This document shows, piece after piece, positions 9,403 through 18,943 of a DNA stretch of 64,000 nt. A program made the position numbers and the translations under genes. Under the pieces are notes generated by a model. The model did no database searches. It had not been told where the DNA came from and saw only the letters and a list, made by a program, of their open reading frames with translations. Origin of the DNA: Candidatus Collierbacteria bacterium RIFOXYD2_FULL_45_13 (GTDB lineage: Bacteria > Patescibacteriota > Microgenomatia > UBA1400 > MFAQ01). Every line of letters begins with the position of its first letter. Position 1 is the first letter of the stretch. The stretch is from positions 1,025,252 to 1,089,251 of the forward strand of contig MFAS01000001.1 of NCBI GenBank assembly GCA_001774685.1, written 5' to 3'.

Positions 9403-9939
9403 TTGGAAAACACAGCTCAGCGCCGTTCCTGGCGGCCTAACTTCTCTGCCTTCGTCCCTTGGCTCGGTGCCCTACCCCAGTGGCAGATTCGCCTTCTGGT
9501 CGCCCTGGTCGGACTTCCCTTCTTGATTCCCGCTTTCCTACTGAACGGCGGAATCAACCTGATGCCCATGCTCGCCACTCTGGCGATCCTCATTTGGCGC
9601 GCCCCCTGGCTTCGCGAGAAGATTCAAACACTCCCCGGTATCCAGAGCCAGATGGTTATTTCCATGTTGGTCATGGGCCTCGGCTTCATCGCCTTCTCTG
9701 CTCCTTGGCTTTGGGGCACCCTGCCTCTAAACAAAGGCCTGATGTTTTTACTCTCAGGTCTGTCTACCGCTGCGCGGCCAAATCCGATGTTCGTCAAGAT
9801 GGCCAAGCAAATGGCAGCGGCCAAACCCAAACAGGTCAAGCCAAAGCCAGTGAAGGCCGCCAAAACCAAGCCGCCGACAAACACCCAGCGCAAACTCAAT
9901 GCCCGGATTGCGCGACAAGCCGCGAAGAAAAAGAAATAG
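9403..9939 (+). CDS. Hypothetical membrane protein with a Lys-rich tail
   Basis: TTG after GGAGG, about four TMs, basic C-terminus, own promoter and terminator. Confidence 0.75.
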   Translation: MENTAQRRSWRPNFSAFVPWLGALPQWQIRLLVALVGLPFLIPAFLLNGGINLMPMLATLAILIWRAPWLREKIQTLPGIQSQMVISMLVMGLGFIAFSAPWLWGTLPLNKGLMFLLSGLSTAARPNPMFVKMAKQMAAAKPKQVKPKPVKAAKTKPPTNTQRKLNARIARQAAKKKK

Positions 9940-9978
9940 TTCTCAAGAAGACCCCGTCATGCGGGGTCTTTTTCCTAT

Positions 9979-10461
9979 CTACTTCAAGCTCAATTCAAAC
10001 TTACTCTTCTCTACTTTCCCTACCTTATCGTCTTCAATCCACTCCTTCTCAAATTCCACAAAACCCCTGTTAATCACAAACTTATACATTTCTGGGAACT
10101 TCTTCTCTATTGTATGTAGCGTCAGTTTCTTAACTCCTTCTTGTTTACACTTCACCGACAGCTCCTCAAACATATTCGAAAATATTCCTAGTTTTCTGTA
10201 TTCACTCAAGACCCCGGCGTTCCAGACATGCATTACCTCATCGGACGTTTTGTAGGCCACAATAAAACCGACAATTTTTCCATCCACTCTCCCGATCACC
10301 AGCAAACCATCCTCATTGATCTTCTTTTGCCAGTCTTCTTTGTTGTGATATTTCTCCTCTTCCGCAGGTGTCGGCTCAAATACTATTTTGGAGACGCGCA
10401 AGGCATCATCCAGATTTTCCACTCCCCCAATTTCTATCTCCACCCTTACTTTATTTTCCAT
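9979..10461 (-). CDS. GNAT family acetyltransferase
   Basis: IVGFIVA, AGVLSEYRKLGI (motif A), RGF. Confidence 0.88.
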   Translation of the reverse strand: MENKVRVEIEIGGVENLDDALRVSKIVFEPTPAEEEKYHNKEDWQKKINEDGLLVIGRVDGKIVGFIVAYKTSDEVMHVWNAGVLSEYRKLGIFSNMFEELSVKCKQEGVKKLTLHTIEKKFPEMYKFVINRGFVEFEKEWIEDDKVGKVEKSKFELSLK

Positions 10462-10498
10462 ACATCAAATATACACGATGCAAATGCTAAACTAATTT

Positions 10499-13400
10499 GT
10501 GGCTAAGAATATTACCAAAGCTAAACATCGTTTCCCCCTCCGGCAGATCCGACACCTGCCGCTCTTCTTCCGTCGCGTCTGGCCCATCCTCGCCCTTTTC
10601 CTTATCACTCTATCTCTTGCCTATCTCAACTTTGAGCCAGGTACCTACTTGATCGGCTGGGACAATCTCAACCCGGAGTTTGACACTCTCATGAATCTCA
10701 AGAGGGCCATCTACTCGGTCTGGCAAGAATATCGGGGTCTTGGTCTCCTCGGAGGGCAAGCTCACGCCGCCGACATTCCCCGTCTCTTACTCATCCTGTT
10801 ACTTCAGCTTGTTCAAACACCCAACTCTCTCATCAGGTATCTCACCACTTTTCTTCCCCTAATTGTCGGGCCTCTTGGTGTCTATTTTCTTTTCTATCAT
10901 CAGCTTTTTCGGGAAAAACTAGACGCCAAAACCACTCAGTTCGCGTCTTTCCTCGGCGCCTTATTTTATTTACTGAATCTAAACACTCTGCAAACATTTT
11001 TTGTTCCATTTGAAACCTTTACCTGGTTCTATGGATCATTTCCCTTCTTGCTCTATTTCACAATTTCCTACATTAGCAAACCCACCTCCAGGAAGTTATT
11101 CACATTGTTTGCTTTCTCCTTTATTGCCTCTCCCTCCTTTTATGTCGAGACCGTTTTTCTGGTTTTCTTTGTCACCATTATCCCTTTTATCATCGAATAT
11201 TTTTCCGAGAAAAGACGGTTTTTTGTTTCTCTAAGAACAGTTTCTTCCGGTACCCTCGGCCTAGTCATTCCCCAACTATACTGGTTACTCCCCATTGTGT
11301 TTTTTGTTTTCGTTGGCGGTGGACAAATTACCGAGACCGCCAAGATCAATCAGATTTCCTCTCCGGAAACCTACTACCGCAACCTCGAGTTCGCCAATCT
11401 TCAGGACATTGCCTTACTTAAAGGCTACCTCTTTAACTACCTAGATATGGGCCCAAACTTCAAGTACGACTACCTTTTATCCGTATGGCGGAGCCACCTT
11501 TCCACGCCACTCATTACCGTCATCGCTTATCTAATAGTCACCACCACTCTCATTGGCTTGTACTACTCCTTCAAGAAAAAATTTGCCTGGACTGCTTCCT
11601 TTATGTCTGTCCTCGGACTTAGTCTCTTCTTTCTTCTTGGAGGAGGATTGCTGATCAACCAAGCCATACCATTACTCGGCGAGCTTTTCCGTTCTCCCTT
11701 TACCAAGTTCTCTATCCCCCTATCTCTCTCGTTTGCTTTTTTCTTTGCTATCGGGAGCATGTTCATCTTGGATCTGTTCACCTTTCTCCATAGTCGCCTT
11801 ACCTTTCTCCTTACTCTTTTTTCTGTTGCCGTCGCTCTTATTCTTTTTATGTCCCCTGCTTTTTCCGGCAATCTGGTTGGAGGTAACGTCCGCCAAACAA
11901 TCCCTCAAGAATACTTCGACTTGTTTTCCTATCTAAAAACCCAAGATCCGGCCACTAGAATTGCTAATTTGCCTCAATATACTTTCTGGGGATGGAACTA
12001 CTACGACTTCGGCTATCGGGGTTCAGGCTTCTTATGGCACGGAATCCGCCAACCTCTCTTGGATCGGGCCTTCGACGTCTGGGACAAATCGTCAGAGAAA
12101 TATTATGAAGAAATATCCACCGCCATATTTTCCAACAATCTGGAAGAGTTTGAAAAAATTATCGATAAGTACTCGATCGGTTGGATTCTGATGGATAAAC
12201 ATGTCATTTCTCCTGATGGCAAATCCAATCTCGGGAACCAAACGCTCGAAAGATTTCTAATATCTACCAAATTCACCTTGAGCAAAAACTTCAATGATCA
12301 AATATTCTTATACGCTGTAACCTCCGACAAACCATCCAATAACTTCCTCACCACTGAAAATATACAATCTGAAATATACAATTTAAAACATCCTTTCGGC
12401 TCCCTCTCTCTCCGTCCCAACCAAGACTGGATCGAAAAAGCCGGTTTCCTCTCAATCACGCAACCAATAACTAATAATCAACAACCAGCAACTCTCTCCA
12501 TCCCCTCCTTCACCGACTCGGAAAAACTAATTCCCGTCAAGGTTGAGTACCAAAAGTTGGACAACCTTATTAACCTACGGCTTACCCCCGTTACCCCCAT
12601 CATCTTCACCGACAACAAACAATTGAACCTGGATGTCACTCCCCGAATTATTTCCTTACCCATTCCAGACGAGAGTAGCTTTATTTTGGAGCTGGACAAA
12701 CAATATTTCTCCCTCCAGCTTCCGGCAGAGCTACCCTACGTCACCGACTATTTCATGGTAGCCAACACCTACCTACCTACCCAAAGCCGCTTCCCCGTTT
12801 CGCTTTACAGTATCGGAACATCCAGCTCCCATTCCCTTACAAACGAACTTTCTTTAGCTACTCCGGTCCAGTGCTATACCCAAAAACCAAACCGCAAAAT
12901 CGAAAAAATTGTGTCTCCCGATGGCATCTCGCTACTGGGAACTGACGTTAATGGTTGTCTCTCCGCTAGCATTCCCGCCTCCTCCACCGATAGTTTAATT
13001 TCCTATTCTTTCCTCTACTCTTCTCCCAGTCTCATTACCGGCAACGTCAATATTTCTGATAAAGATTTTTCGTCTCCGGAAATACCGGGCACCTTAGAAC
13101 CCAGTCTCAATCCCAAAAAAGCGACCCTTTTTGCTCATGTGACGAATAATGATCAACAGTTGAACCTAGTTCTTGAAGCCGAAGATTCCAAGTCTGTTCA
13201 GGAAATCCGGTACCAAGATATTCAAGTCAGCATCCTTCCTCAGATTTACTCCGTCCTGGTATCCGTCCCCAATATTCCGGCACAAGAAGTTAGTCTGGAT
13301 TCAGATGTAAGCCGGATCCAAATTTCGTTACCCATCACGAACACACAGTACGACATTTCAGAAACTCCTCAGTCAAATTCTCTGTTGCCGGAAAGCCGAA

Positions 13401-14344
13401 ACTGCGATCAGTTCAACAAGGGTAAGACTGTTAAGCTTGTTTCCGAAGCGGGCTTCTTCTATCAAAGTCAAAATGCGATCCAGTGCGACTCCCTCAATCT
13501 TCGTCACTTCAGCCATTCACTTAACTATCTTTTTTCTTTCAATGCTAGATCAGAAAAAGGTCTGTCTCTGACCGCTTGTCTCGAAAACTACTCCACCAGA
13601 CGCTGTGATATCTATGAAAGACTTCCGGAAAGTAATCTGACTCAATCAATCATCCAGCCTATCGCCAACCCAGACGAAACCCCAGGGTACACTTTACATT
13701 TGTTCAACCAATCAATCGGGAACCGTATCTCCTCAAACTTGCTGCTGTCTCTTTCCATACACCCCATTCCCCTCAACTTCCTCAAAAACATTAGCCTTTC
13801 CAATTCAGCCGAACTGTCTCCTTCCAACAAATCTACAATCTCAAATGTAAAATATGAAATATCTTCCACCCACCCAGCGGAATTCCTCTACACTGCCACC
13901 ATTTCTCCATCGTCACCGCGAGAAGGTGGAGGCGACGCGACAATCAACAAGAATAATTCTCCATCCACCCTCAACCTCTATCAAACAAAATCCCCTTACT
14001 GGCAAGCCATAGTTGTCAGCCCAGACGACCTCAAAATACCTACTTGGCAACTGGTCACCAAAATCTTCTTCAATTATCCAAAGTTGACCAAGTTGGCTCA
14101 CGACGACTCCGGTCTCTGGCACAACTCCTGGACCCTCCCCGACTCGTCATTGCGAGGAGCGGATGCGACGTGGCCCGCTGGTACCCGAAGGGGTGAATCT
14201 CACTCCATCGCCCTCATCTACCTCCCCCAATATCTTGAATTTATTGGCTTCGCCATCATCCCAATCTCTCTCCTGGGCTTTTTCACTATCCATTTAATTT
14301 CTGGACGTAAACAAACCACAAAAAAGACCTCCAACCACAAATAG
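10499..14344 (+). CDS. Large multi-pass membrane protein, GT-C/AftD(DUF3367)-like with a large extracellular region
   Basis: About 13 N-terminal TMs, ELFRSPFTKF and IPQEY..L..YL motifs typical of such proteins, C-terminal TM. Confidence 0.7.
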   Translation: MAKNITKAKHRFPLRQIRHLPLFFRRVWPILALFLITLSLAYLNFEPGTYLIGWDNLNPEFDTLMNLKRAIYSVWQEYRGLGLLGGQAHAADIPRLLLILLLQLVQTPNSLIRYLTTFLPLIVGPLGVYFLFYHQLFREKLDAKTTQFASFLGALFYLLNLNTLQTFFVPFETFTWFYGSFPFLLYFTISYISKPTSRKLFTLFAFSFIASPSFYVETVFLVFFVTIIPFIIEYFSEKRRFFVSLRTVSSGTLGLVIPQLYWLLPIVFFVFVGGGQITETAKINQISSPETYYRNLEFANLQDIALLKGYLFNYLDMGPNFKYDYLLSVWRSHLSTPLITVIAYLIVTTTLIGLYYSFKKKFAWTASFMSVLGLSLFFLLGGGLLINQAIPLLGELFRSPFTKFSIPLSLSFAFFFAIGSMFILDLFTFLHSRLTFLLTLFSVAVALILFMSPAFSGNLVGGNVRQTIPQEYFDLFSYLKTQDPATRIANLPQYTFWGWNYYDFGYRGSGFLWHGIRQPLLDRAFDVWDKSSEKYYEEISTAIFSNNLEEFEKIIDKYSIGWILMDKHVISPDGKSNLGNQTLERFLISTKFTLSKNFNDQIFLYAVTSDKPSNNFLTTENIQSEIYNLKHPFGSLSLRPNQDWIEKAGFLSITQPITNNQQPATLSIPSFTDSEKLIPVKVEYQKLDNLINLRLTPVTPIIFTDNKQLNLDVTPRIISLPIPDESSFILELDKQYFSLQLPAELPYVTDYFMVANTYLPTQSRFPVSLYSIGTSSSHSLTNELSLATPVQCYTQKPNRKIEKIVSPDGISLLGTDVNGCLSASIPASSTDSLISYSFLYSSPSLITGNVNISDKDFSSPEIPGTLEPSLNPKKATLFAHVTNNDQQLNLVLEAEDSKSVQEIRYQDIQVSILPQIYSVLVSVPNIPAQEVSLDSDVSRIQISLPITNTQYDISETPQSNSLLPESRNCDQFNKGKTVKLVSEAGFFYQSQNAIQCDSLNLRHFSHSLNYLFSFNARSEKGLSLTACLENYSTRRCDIYERLPESNLTQSIIQPIANPDETPGYTLHLFNQSIGNRISSNLLLSLSIHPIPLNFLKNISLSNSAELSPSNKSTISNVKYEISSTHPAEFLYTATISPSSPREGGGDATINKNNSPSTLNLYQTKSPYWQAIVVSPDDLKIPTWQLVTKIFFNYPKLTKLAHDDSGLWHNSWTLPDSSLRGADATWPAGTRRGESHSIALIYLPQYLEFIGFAIIPISLLGFFTIHLISGRKQTTKKTSNHK
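13910..13945. repeat. REP/RPE-like palindromic element, in frame in CDS
   Basis: TCGTCACCGCGAG...GCGACGCGACAATC, related to the copy at 46771. Confidence 0.55.
14144..14201. repeat. REP/RPE-like palindromic element with a nested 21-nt insert, in frame in CDS
   Basis: CGTCATTGCGAGGAGC...GCGACGTGGC[ccgctggtacccgaaggggtg]AATCTC. Confidence 0.75.
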
Positions 14345-14348
14345 TTAG

Positions 14349-16058
14349 CTACTCCAACTTTCCAAAAACTATCTCTCTAATCTTTCTCGAATAGGTATCT
14401 ACCACCTGCCTCATGTCATTCCTAAGATTCTCATTTTCCGCCACCTTTGCAGCCTTCTCTTTGGATTTATTGTATAGTGCCGCCGGAATATCATACTTAA
14501 GTCGCAAATCAACCACCTCTTTTTTAAACTCCTGCCAAAGGTCTGCCATTACTACCTCTTTTTCTGATAACTCAACCCCATTCGCTCGCTTCATATCAGC
14601 GAACATCGCACCAACTAGTTCTTGTGACTCTTGGTTCAACCTAAATGTCGGAAAATTCTTGAATTCAGTGATCTTTATCTCCAACCTTCTCCCCCCACTC
14701 TTCTCAGTTCTCGAGACATTAGTGGTCTTGATCGAATATGAAAAACCAGATGACTTACGGACCCTGAGTCTATGAGGAGATACAAAGGCATAGACCAACC
14801 CATCAACCAACACGTCTATATCAGTTCCTCCTGTCGACTCTATTACCGTTTCGATTTCTTGTGGAATACCAAAATTCAGATGCAACGACAATACATTCTC
14901 TGGACTAATGATCAAACTACCATTTTCATTTTCCTCCAGATCTATTGCTCCAAGCTTAGTCAATTCTTCCAACAATCGAGACTGAGTCGAGGGTGAATAT
15001 GAATATCCGTGATTGACTTCGAGCAAATCGTCTTGCTCATTCATTAGAGAAATACCCAAAGATTCCAGTATTTTTCTGTGTCTGGCCCGATCAAAAACCG
15101 GTTGCATCTCCAGCTCGTTACCAACCGTCGGCAAAAGTATAGCACCGTCACGATATCTCTTTTCTATAACGTTTATTCTATTCAACCTGTTGGCCAACCA
15201 CTCTCGATCCGCATCGGTGATGTTTTCATGCGTTGTCAGAAAATTATATGCATATAGTAGAAGCTCACCCTTTACAGTTTCCTCCACATTATCCATGCGA
15301 AACACTGCCATCTTGGCTTCAGCAGCAATCCTGTTTATTTCTTCAATGTCCAATGTCTCATCTGGGTCGAGATTGACACGTCCTCCCAAGTCCCAAACCT
15401 GGATTTGGCTTTCCAGTTCATCATCCAAAAAAGTGTGCTGTAGCGTAGTGTCTGGTTTTGGAATAGGTTCTCTGCCTATAAGATACAGTGGCACTCTCTT
15501 AGCATCAGCCAACATTTGTACATTGTCATACGTCATCATCTGTTTTTCTTCAATAAACCTGCGAGCTTCTTCGGTCCCGGTCAACGCTAGTACACTTATG
15601 GCTCTATACTTTTTGTACTCATTGCCGTGTAGGTCGTAAGTATCTATCATCAATTTAGCCGCCTGGTGAAGTCTAGGATCATCTGGATCTTTTTCCCTAA
15701 TTTCTTTAAGTATAGTCGCCAGTATTTTTTGTAGATTGGACACCGCACTACCGTCAGGGTTTGATAGCACATCCTTGTTTCTCAGTAATTTTTCTACCAA
15801 CCCCAAGTCATCCTCCTCCGCAAGAGCTTGAAACAAATATGACGCCTCAAAAGATGCATGCTCATTGAATCTGTCCTCGATTGCTTTTTCCAAGAAAGGT
15901 AACACCGGTCTACCCAATTTATATAGTTCGTATCTGGGAGTTATTGCGTCAATGTTCTGTTCCCATCGATAGTCCTCAAGCACCTTCCAATTACTCTCCA
16001 ATTTTTGTTTCTGTTCTTGGTCCAGGCCAATTTCAACGATCTCTGTTGGGTAATTCAT
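14349..16058 (-). CDS. Hypothetical protein: helical-repeat N-terminus, possible amidoligase-like C-terminus
   Basis: Long ORF; motifs TVGNELE, LEVN, SLHLNFG, RLEIK. Confidence 0.7.
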   Translation of the reverse strand: MNYPTEIVEIGLDQEQKQKLESNWKVLEDYRWEQNIDAITPRYELYKLGRPVLPFLEKAIEDRFNEHASFEASYLFQALAEEDDLGLVEKLLRNKDVLSNPDGSAVSNLQKILATILKEIREKDPDDPRLHQAAKLMIDTYDLHGNEYKKYRAISVLALTGTEEARRFIEEKQMMTYDNVQMLADAKRVPLYLIGREPIPKPDTTLQHTFLDDELESQIQVWDLGGRVNLDPDETLDIEEINRIAAEAKMAVFRMDNVEETVKGELLLYAYNFLTTHENITDADREWLANRLNRINVIEKRYRDGAILLPTVGNELEMQPVFDRARHRKILESLGISLMNEQDDLLEVNHGYSYSPSTQSRLLEELTKLGAIDLEENENGSLIISPENVLSLHLNFGIPQEIETVIESTGGTDIDVLVDGLVYAFVSPHRLRVRKSSGFSYSIKTTNVSRTEKSGGRRLEIKITEFKNFPTFRLNQESQELVGAMFADMKRANGVELSEKEVVMADLWQEFKKEVVDLRLKYDIPAALYNKSKEKAAKVAENENLRNDMRQVVDTYSRKIREIVFGKLE

Positions 16059-16156
16059 ATCTGAAATATATACTTGATAAACCATAAATTACAAGTGCTT
16101 GCAGTATGTATGTATTCCAAAATAAAAAGACCTCCCATTAAGAGAGGTCAACCGAA

Positions 16157-16411
16157 CTACGAATGGACAGGAACCACTTTTCCCCGACTATTTCCAGTTT
16201 CCTTTCTGAATGTATACTGGATCGCCGGACAACCTTCAAATTCGGTGTTGTTAGTTCCAACCAGTTCCCATCCTTCTTTGCCCAAACGCTTCAATGTTGA
16301 ATCTACATGCTCCAAGTCGAAGAGGTCCATGTCGATGTCCACCCCATCAATTTGCACCACCTCATTGGTACTGCACATAGCCACAACTCGCTTATTTCTC
16401 CATTCAGCCAT
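16157..16411 (-). CDS. DUF4177-like small protein
   Basis: LKRLGKEGWELV...YTFRK pattern. Confidence 0.75.
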   Translation of the reverse strand: MAEWRNKRVVAMCSTNEVVQIDGVDIDMDLFDLEHVDSTLKRLGKEGWELVGTNNTEFEGCPAIQYTFRKETGNSRGKVVPVHS

Positions 16412-16427
16412 TTTTTCTCCTCAAAGT

Positions 16428-16742
16428 CTAGCTGTTTTGCTTCGGCCGTTTGAAATACAATTTCACGAAAAGGGCACTATTACGCACCATGCTGACTACC
16501 GACACCAACTCCCAGGACTCTTCACCTAGCTCATTCAAGATAACGTCTTCCTGATCGGGCTTCACTACCAAAGTTTTGTATTCCCACCTATCTTCAGTTT
16601 TTCCAAAAATGTACTGCTGGGCAACTTTGGACTCTGCAACACAAATCAAACTCCACCCCAAAGATCCCATTAGATTTCGTTCATGTTGCGATAGAAATGA
16701 ATAACCCGTACTGGTCACAGTTCTAAAAAGATAACTTGACAT
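16428..16742 (-). CDS. DUF4177-like protein (two repeats)
   Basis: WEYKTL...LNELGEESWELVSV...YFKRP, plus an N-terminal NLMGSLGWSLI repeat. Confidence 0.8.
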   Translation of the reverse strand: MSSYLFRTVTSTGYSFLSQHERNLMGSLGWSLICVAESKVAQQYIFGKTEDRWEYKTLVVKPDQEDVILNELGEESWELVSVVSMVRNSALFVKLYFKRPKQNS

Positions 16743-17009
16743 TGTCGCTCTCCTCTTCGGATCGTAGATTATTCAAAAAGCCCCAAAGTTGGGGTGACGA
16801 CCTGCCTGCCCGACTGGTCATCACTCCCATCTCTGAGGCCTTTTGTTATAGTTGACAGTTATTTTTTGCAGTGTTAATCTGTAAGTGGTTAAAGACTTCT
16901 GTCCAGTCAATAGCCGGAAAAAGAAAAGCAATGTCATTCGAGTTAGGCTACGGTGATATTGCTTTTTTTCTGCCTAAAAAATTTCTCATTTCAAAGACCT
17001 CTCCATTTT

Positions 17010-17067
17010 GTCATTGCGAGTTTCGTACTCGAACCGTGGCTCGCTGATACCCGAAGGGGTAAATCTC
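17010..17067. repeat. REP/RPE-like element with the same nested insert, intergenic
   Basis: GTCATTGCGAG...CGTGGC[tcgctgatacccgaaggggta]AATCTC. Confidence 0.7.
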
Positions 17068-17449
17068 ACTCCACGATTGTTATCTGCTCATAATCACCAA
17101 GCTTTGACCGAGTCGGCCCATCTTGGAAATCTGAGTGGAGTTGATATTTCTGGAATTAATTCGCGTCAAGCGGACAGATTTTTTGCGTCTGTTCACCAGT
17201 CGACTGAGCAGATTTTTCATAAATTTTGAAGGAATTACCCTATCTATGGGAAAATATATCACATCTTGTCAAGTTTCTCAACCTATAAACAAAATCCCCA
17301 CCAGCCCATAAAATATCTAGCTTCATTTTTTCCCAAATATACCCCCCCTATGGTCACCAGCGTGTCGCGTCTCCCTGAAAAGCCAAGAAGTTTTTTTTCA
17401 ATAAAAAATGAGCCCGTGATTTCTCACGAGCTCAACGCAGACACAAGCA

Positions 17450-17770
17450 TCAAACTACGATAAACTGGCGGGTCGCAATACCGTGGTAACGATTGATGGC
17501 GTCCACCACGGGTTTCCAGTAGTAGAGAGTCATCTCGACCGCCGAGGCGATCATAATTACCCACATAATCTGGACGGCAGGGAGCGAAGCTCCCATCAAA
17601 ACGAAGAGGCCCACTGTCGAGATAAGGAGACTAAGGCCGTAGATCAGACCCATGGCCACAACCTCGAACAGGTTACGATATACCACTGACCCGGCGGGGC
17701 GTGGCTGGATCGCGATCTGGAAACCGATCTTGACGTAAATCAGTGCTAGCATGATCCCAAGGTAGGCCAT
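17450..17770 (-). CDS. Small hypothetical membrane protein
   Basis: GAGGAG SD, three TMs, upstream TTGACT/TATAAT promoter. Confidence 0.75.
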   Translation of the reverse strand: MAYLGIMLALIYVKIGFQIAIQPRPAGSVVYRNLFEVVAMGLIYGLSLLISTVGLFVLMGASLPAVQIMWVIMIASAVEMTLYYWKPVVDAINRYHGIATRQFIVV

Positions 17771-17899
17771 TTTTCTCCTCTTCTGTGAATGTTCCGACTC
17801 ATTCTAACAGTGGCTATTATACCACCATCAGCCTCAAAAGTCAAGTCTATGGGCTTAAGGTATAATATCAGCACTTAGGTCTTTAACAAAGGAGGTCAC

Positions 17900-18496
17900 A
17901 TGCCTGACCATTTGCGCTTGGTTTACCCGGGTTCACCACTCCTACCAGTTTTTGATCACAACGGACTTGTTAAAAGAGTCATACAGGATCTCATTGTTGG
18001 GCACCAACATGCCGCCGCCATCGCCATGGCCACTTCTCCACTGATGAGTATTCACGCCTCCTTACTTCGTCAAGAATCGTCCATCTTGACCACCCAGCAC
18101 ATCACCGAAGCCGATCTTCAAATGCTCGTCCTTGGCTACTTATATCCCCTTGGAACGATTCTTGCTTCGACCGTTTGCGCGCCCCTAAATCCCAAAGCAC
18201 GATCGACAACCTTCGAAGAACTTCTGGCCGCTACCCAGAGCTTCGATCTGCTTCGGCTTCAAGACCAAATGCTCCAAGATTTACGAGCGACGATTAACCT
18301 CCTCAAGATGGATCCTTCCGGCGCCATGATCTTTGATTTCCTCAAAAAGTACCCCTTCTCCAATGACGAGCACTTCCTAAATGGCATGGAAATCGCCGCC
18401 ATAATTTTCTTCGGCGTTTCTCTCGAAGTCGCCAAGAAAACTGGTGACGACTACTGGCTAAATGTTCCCATTTTCGATCCCAACAGACTAGACTAA
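17900..18496 (+). CDS. Hypothetical protein
   Basis: AAGGAGG SD; TATAAT upstream. Confidence 0.8.
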   Translation: MPDHLRLVYPGSPLLPVFDHNGLVKRVIQDLIVGHQHAAAIAMATSPLMSIHASLLRQESSILTTQHITEADLQMLVLGYLYPLGTILASTVCAPLNPKARSTTFEELLAATQSFDLLRLQDQMLQDLRATINLLKMDPSGAMIFDFLKKYPFSNDEHFLNGMEIAAIIFFGVSLEVAKKTGDDYWLNVPIFDPNRLD

Positions 18497-18508
18497 AAAG
18501 GAGAAATT

Positions 18509-18829
18509 ATGAACTGGCCAATCGTTTGGATTTTTAGCTGCGTCCTCGCTTGGGCCTTCACCGGCAGTGCCACCCAAATGGGAGACACGCTTCCTGGCTC
18601 CGGCTTCCGTAAAGGCGTCCGCATCTTCGCCTTGATTGTCTCCATCGTGGCACTCGCTACCACCCCAGCAGTCAGTTCTGCCTTCGTGATCGCCTTCCAC
18701 ACAGCCAGTCTCGACACTCTCACCGCCTCAATGACTTACACTTTCTTGCTTTGGGCCTTTATCCACCTCTCTGGTGCTCTTTATACGGTCATCGCCACCA
18801 GTCACCGGTTGGTAACGAACACTCTGTAA
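18509..18829 (+). CDS. Hypothetical membrane protein
   Basis: AGGAG SD, three TMs, terminator AGACCGCC-TTCG-GGCGGTCT-TTTT. Confidence 0.75.
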   Translation: MNWPIVWIFSCVLAWAFTGSATQMGDTLPGSGFRKGVRIFALIVSIVALATTPAVSSAFVIAFHTASLDTLTASMTYTFLLWAFIHLSGALYTVIATSHRLVTNTL

Positions 18830-18943
18830 TTTTTTAGACCGCCTTCGGGCGGTCTTTTTACATTAAAATACCCGCCGAAGCGGCCTAGTACTCGGCAACC
18901 GCCTTACATCCCAATGCAAAATATAAAATGTACAATATAAAAT

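Noticed and set aside
16775-16844. ZMP/ZTP riboswitch
   Set aside because: Only short superficial motif similarity; the conserved P1/P3 pseudoknot elements were not found.
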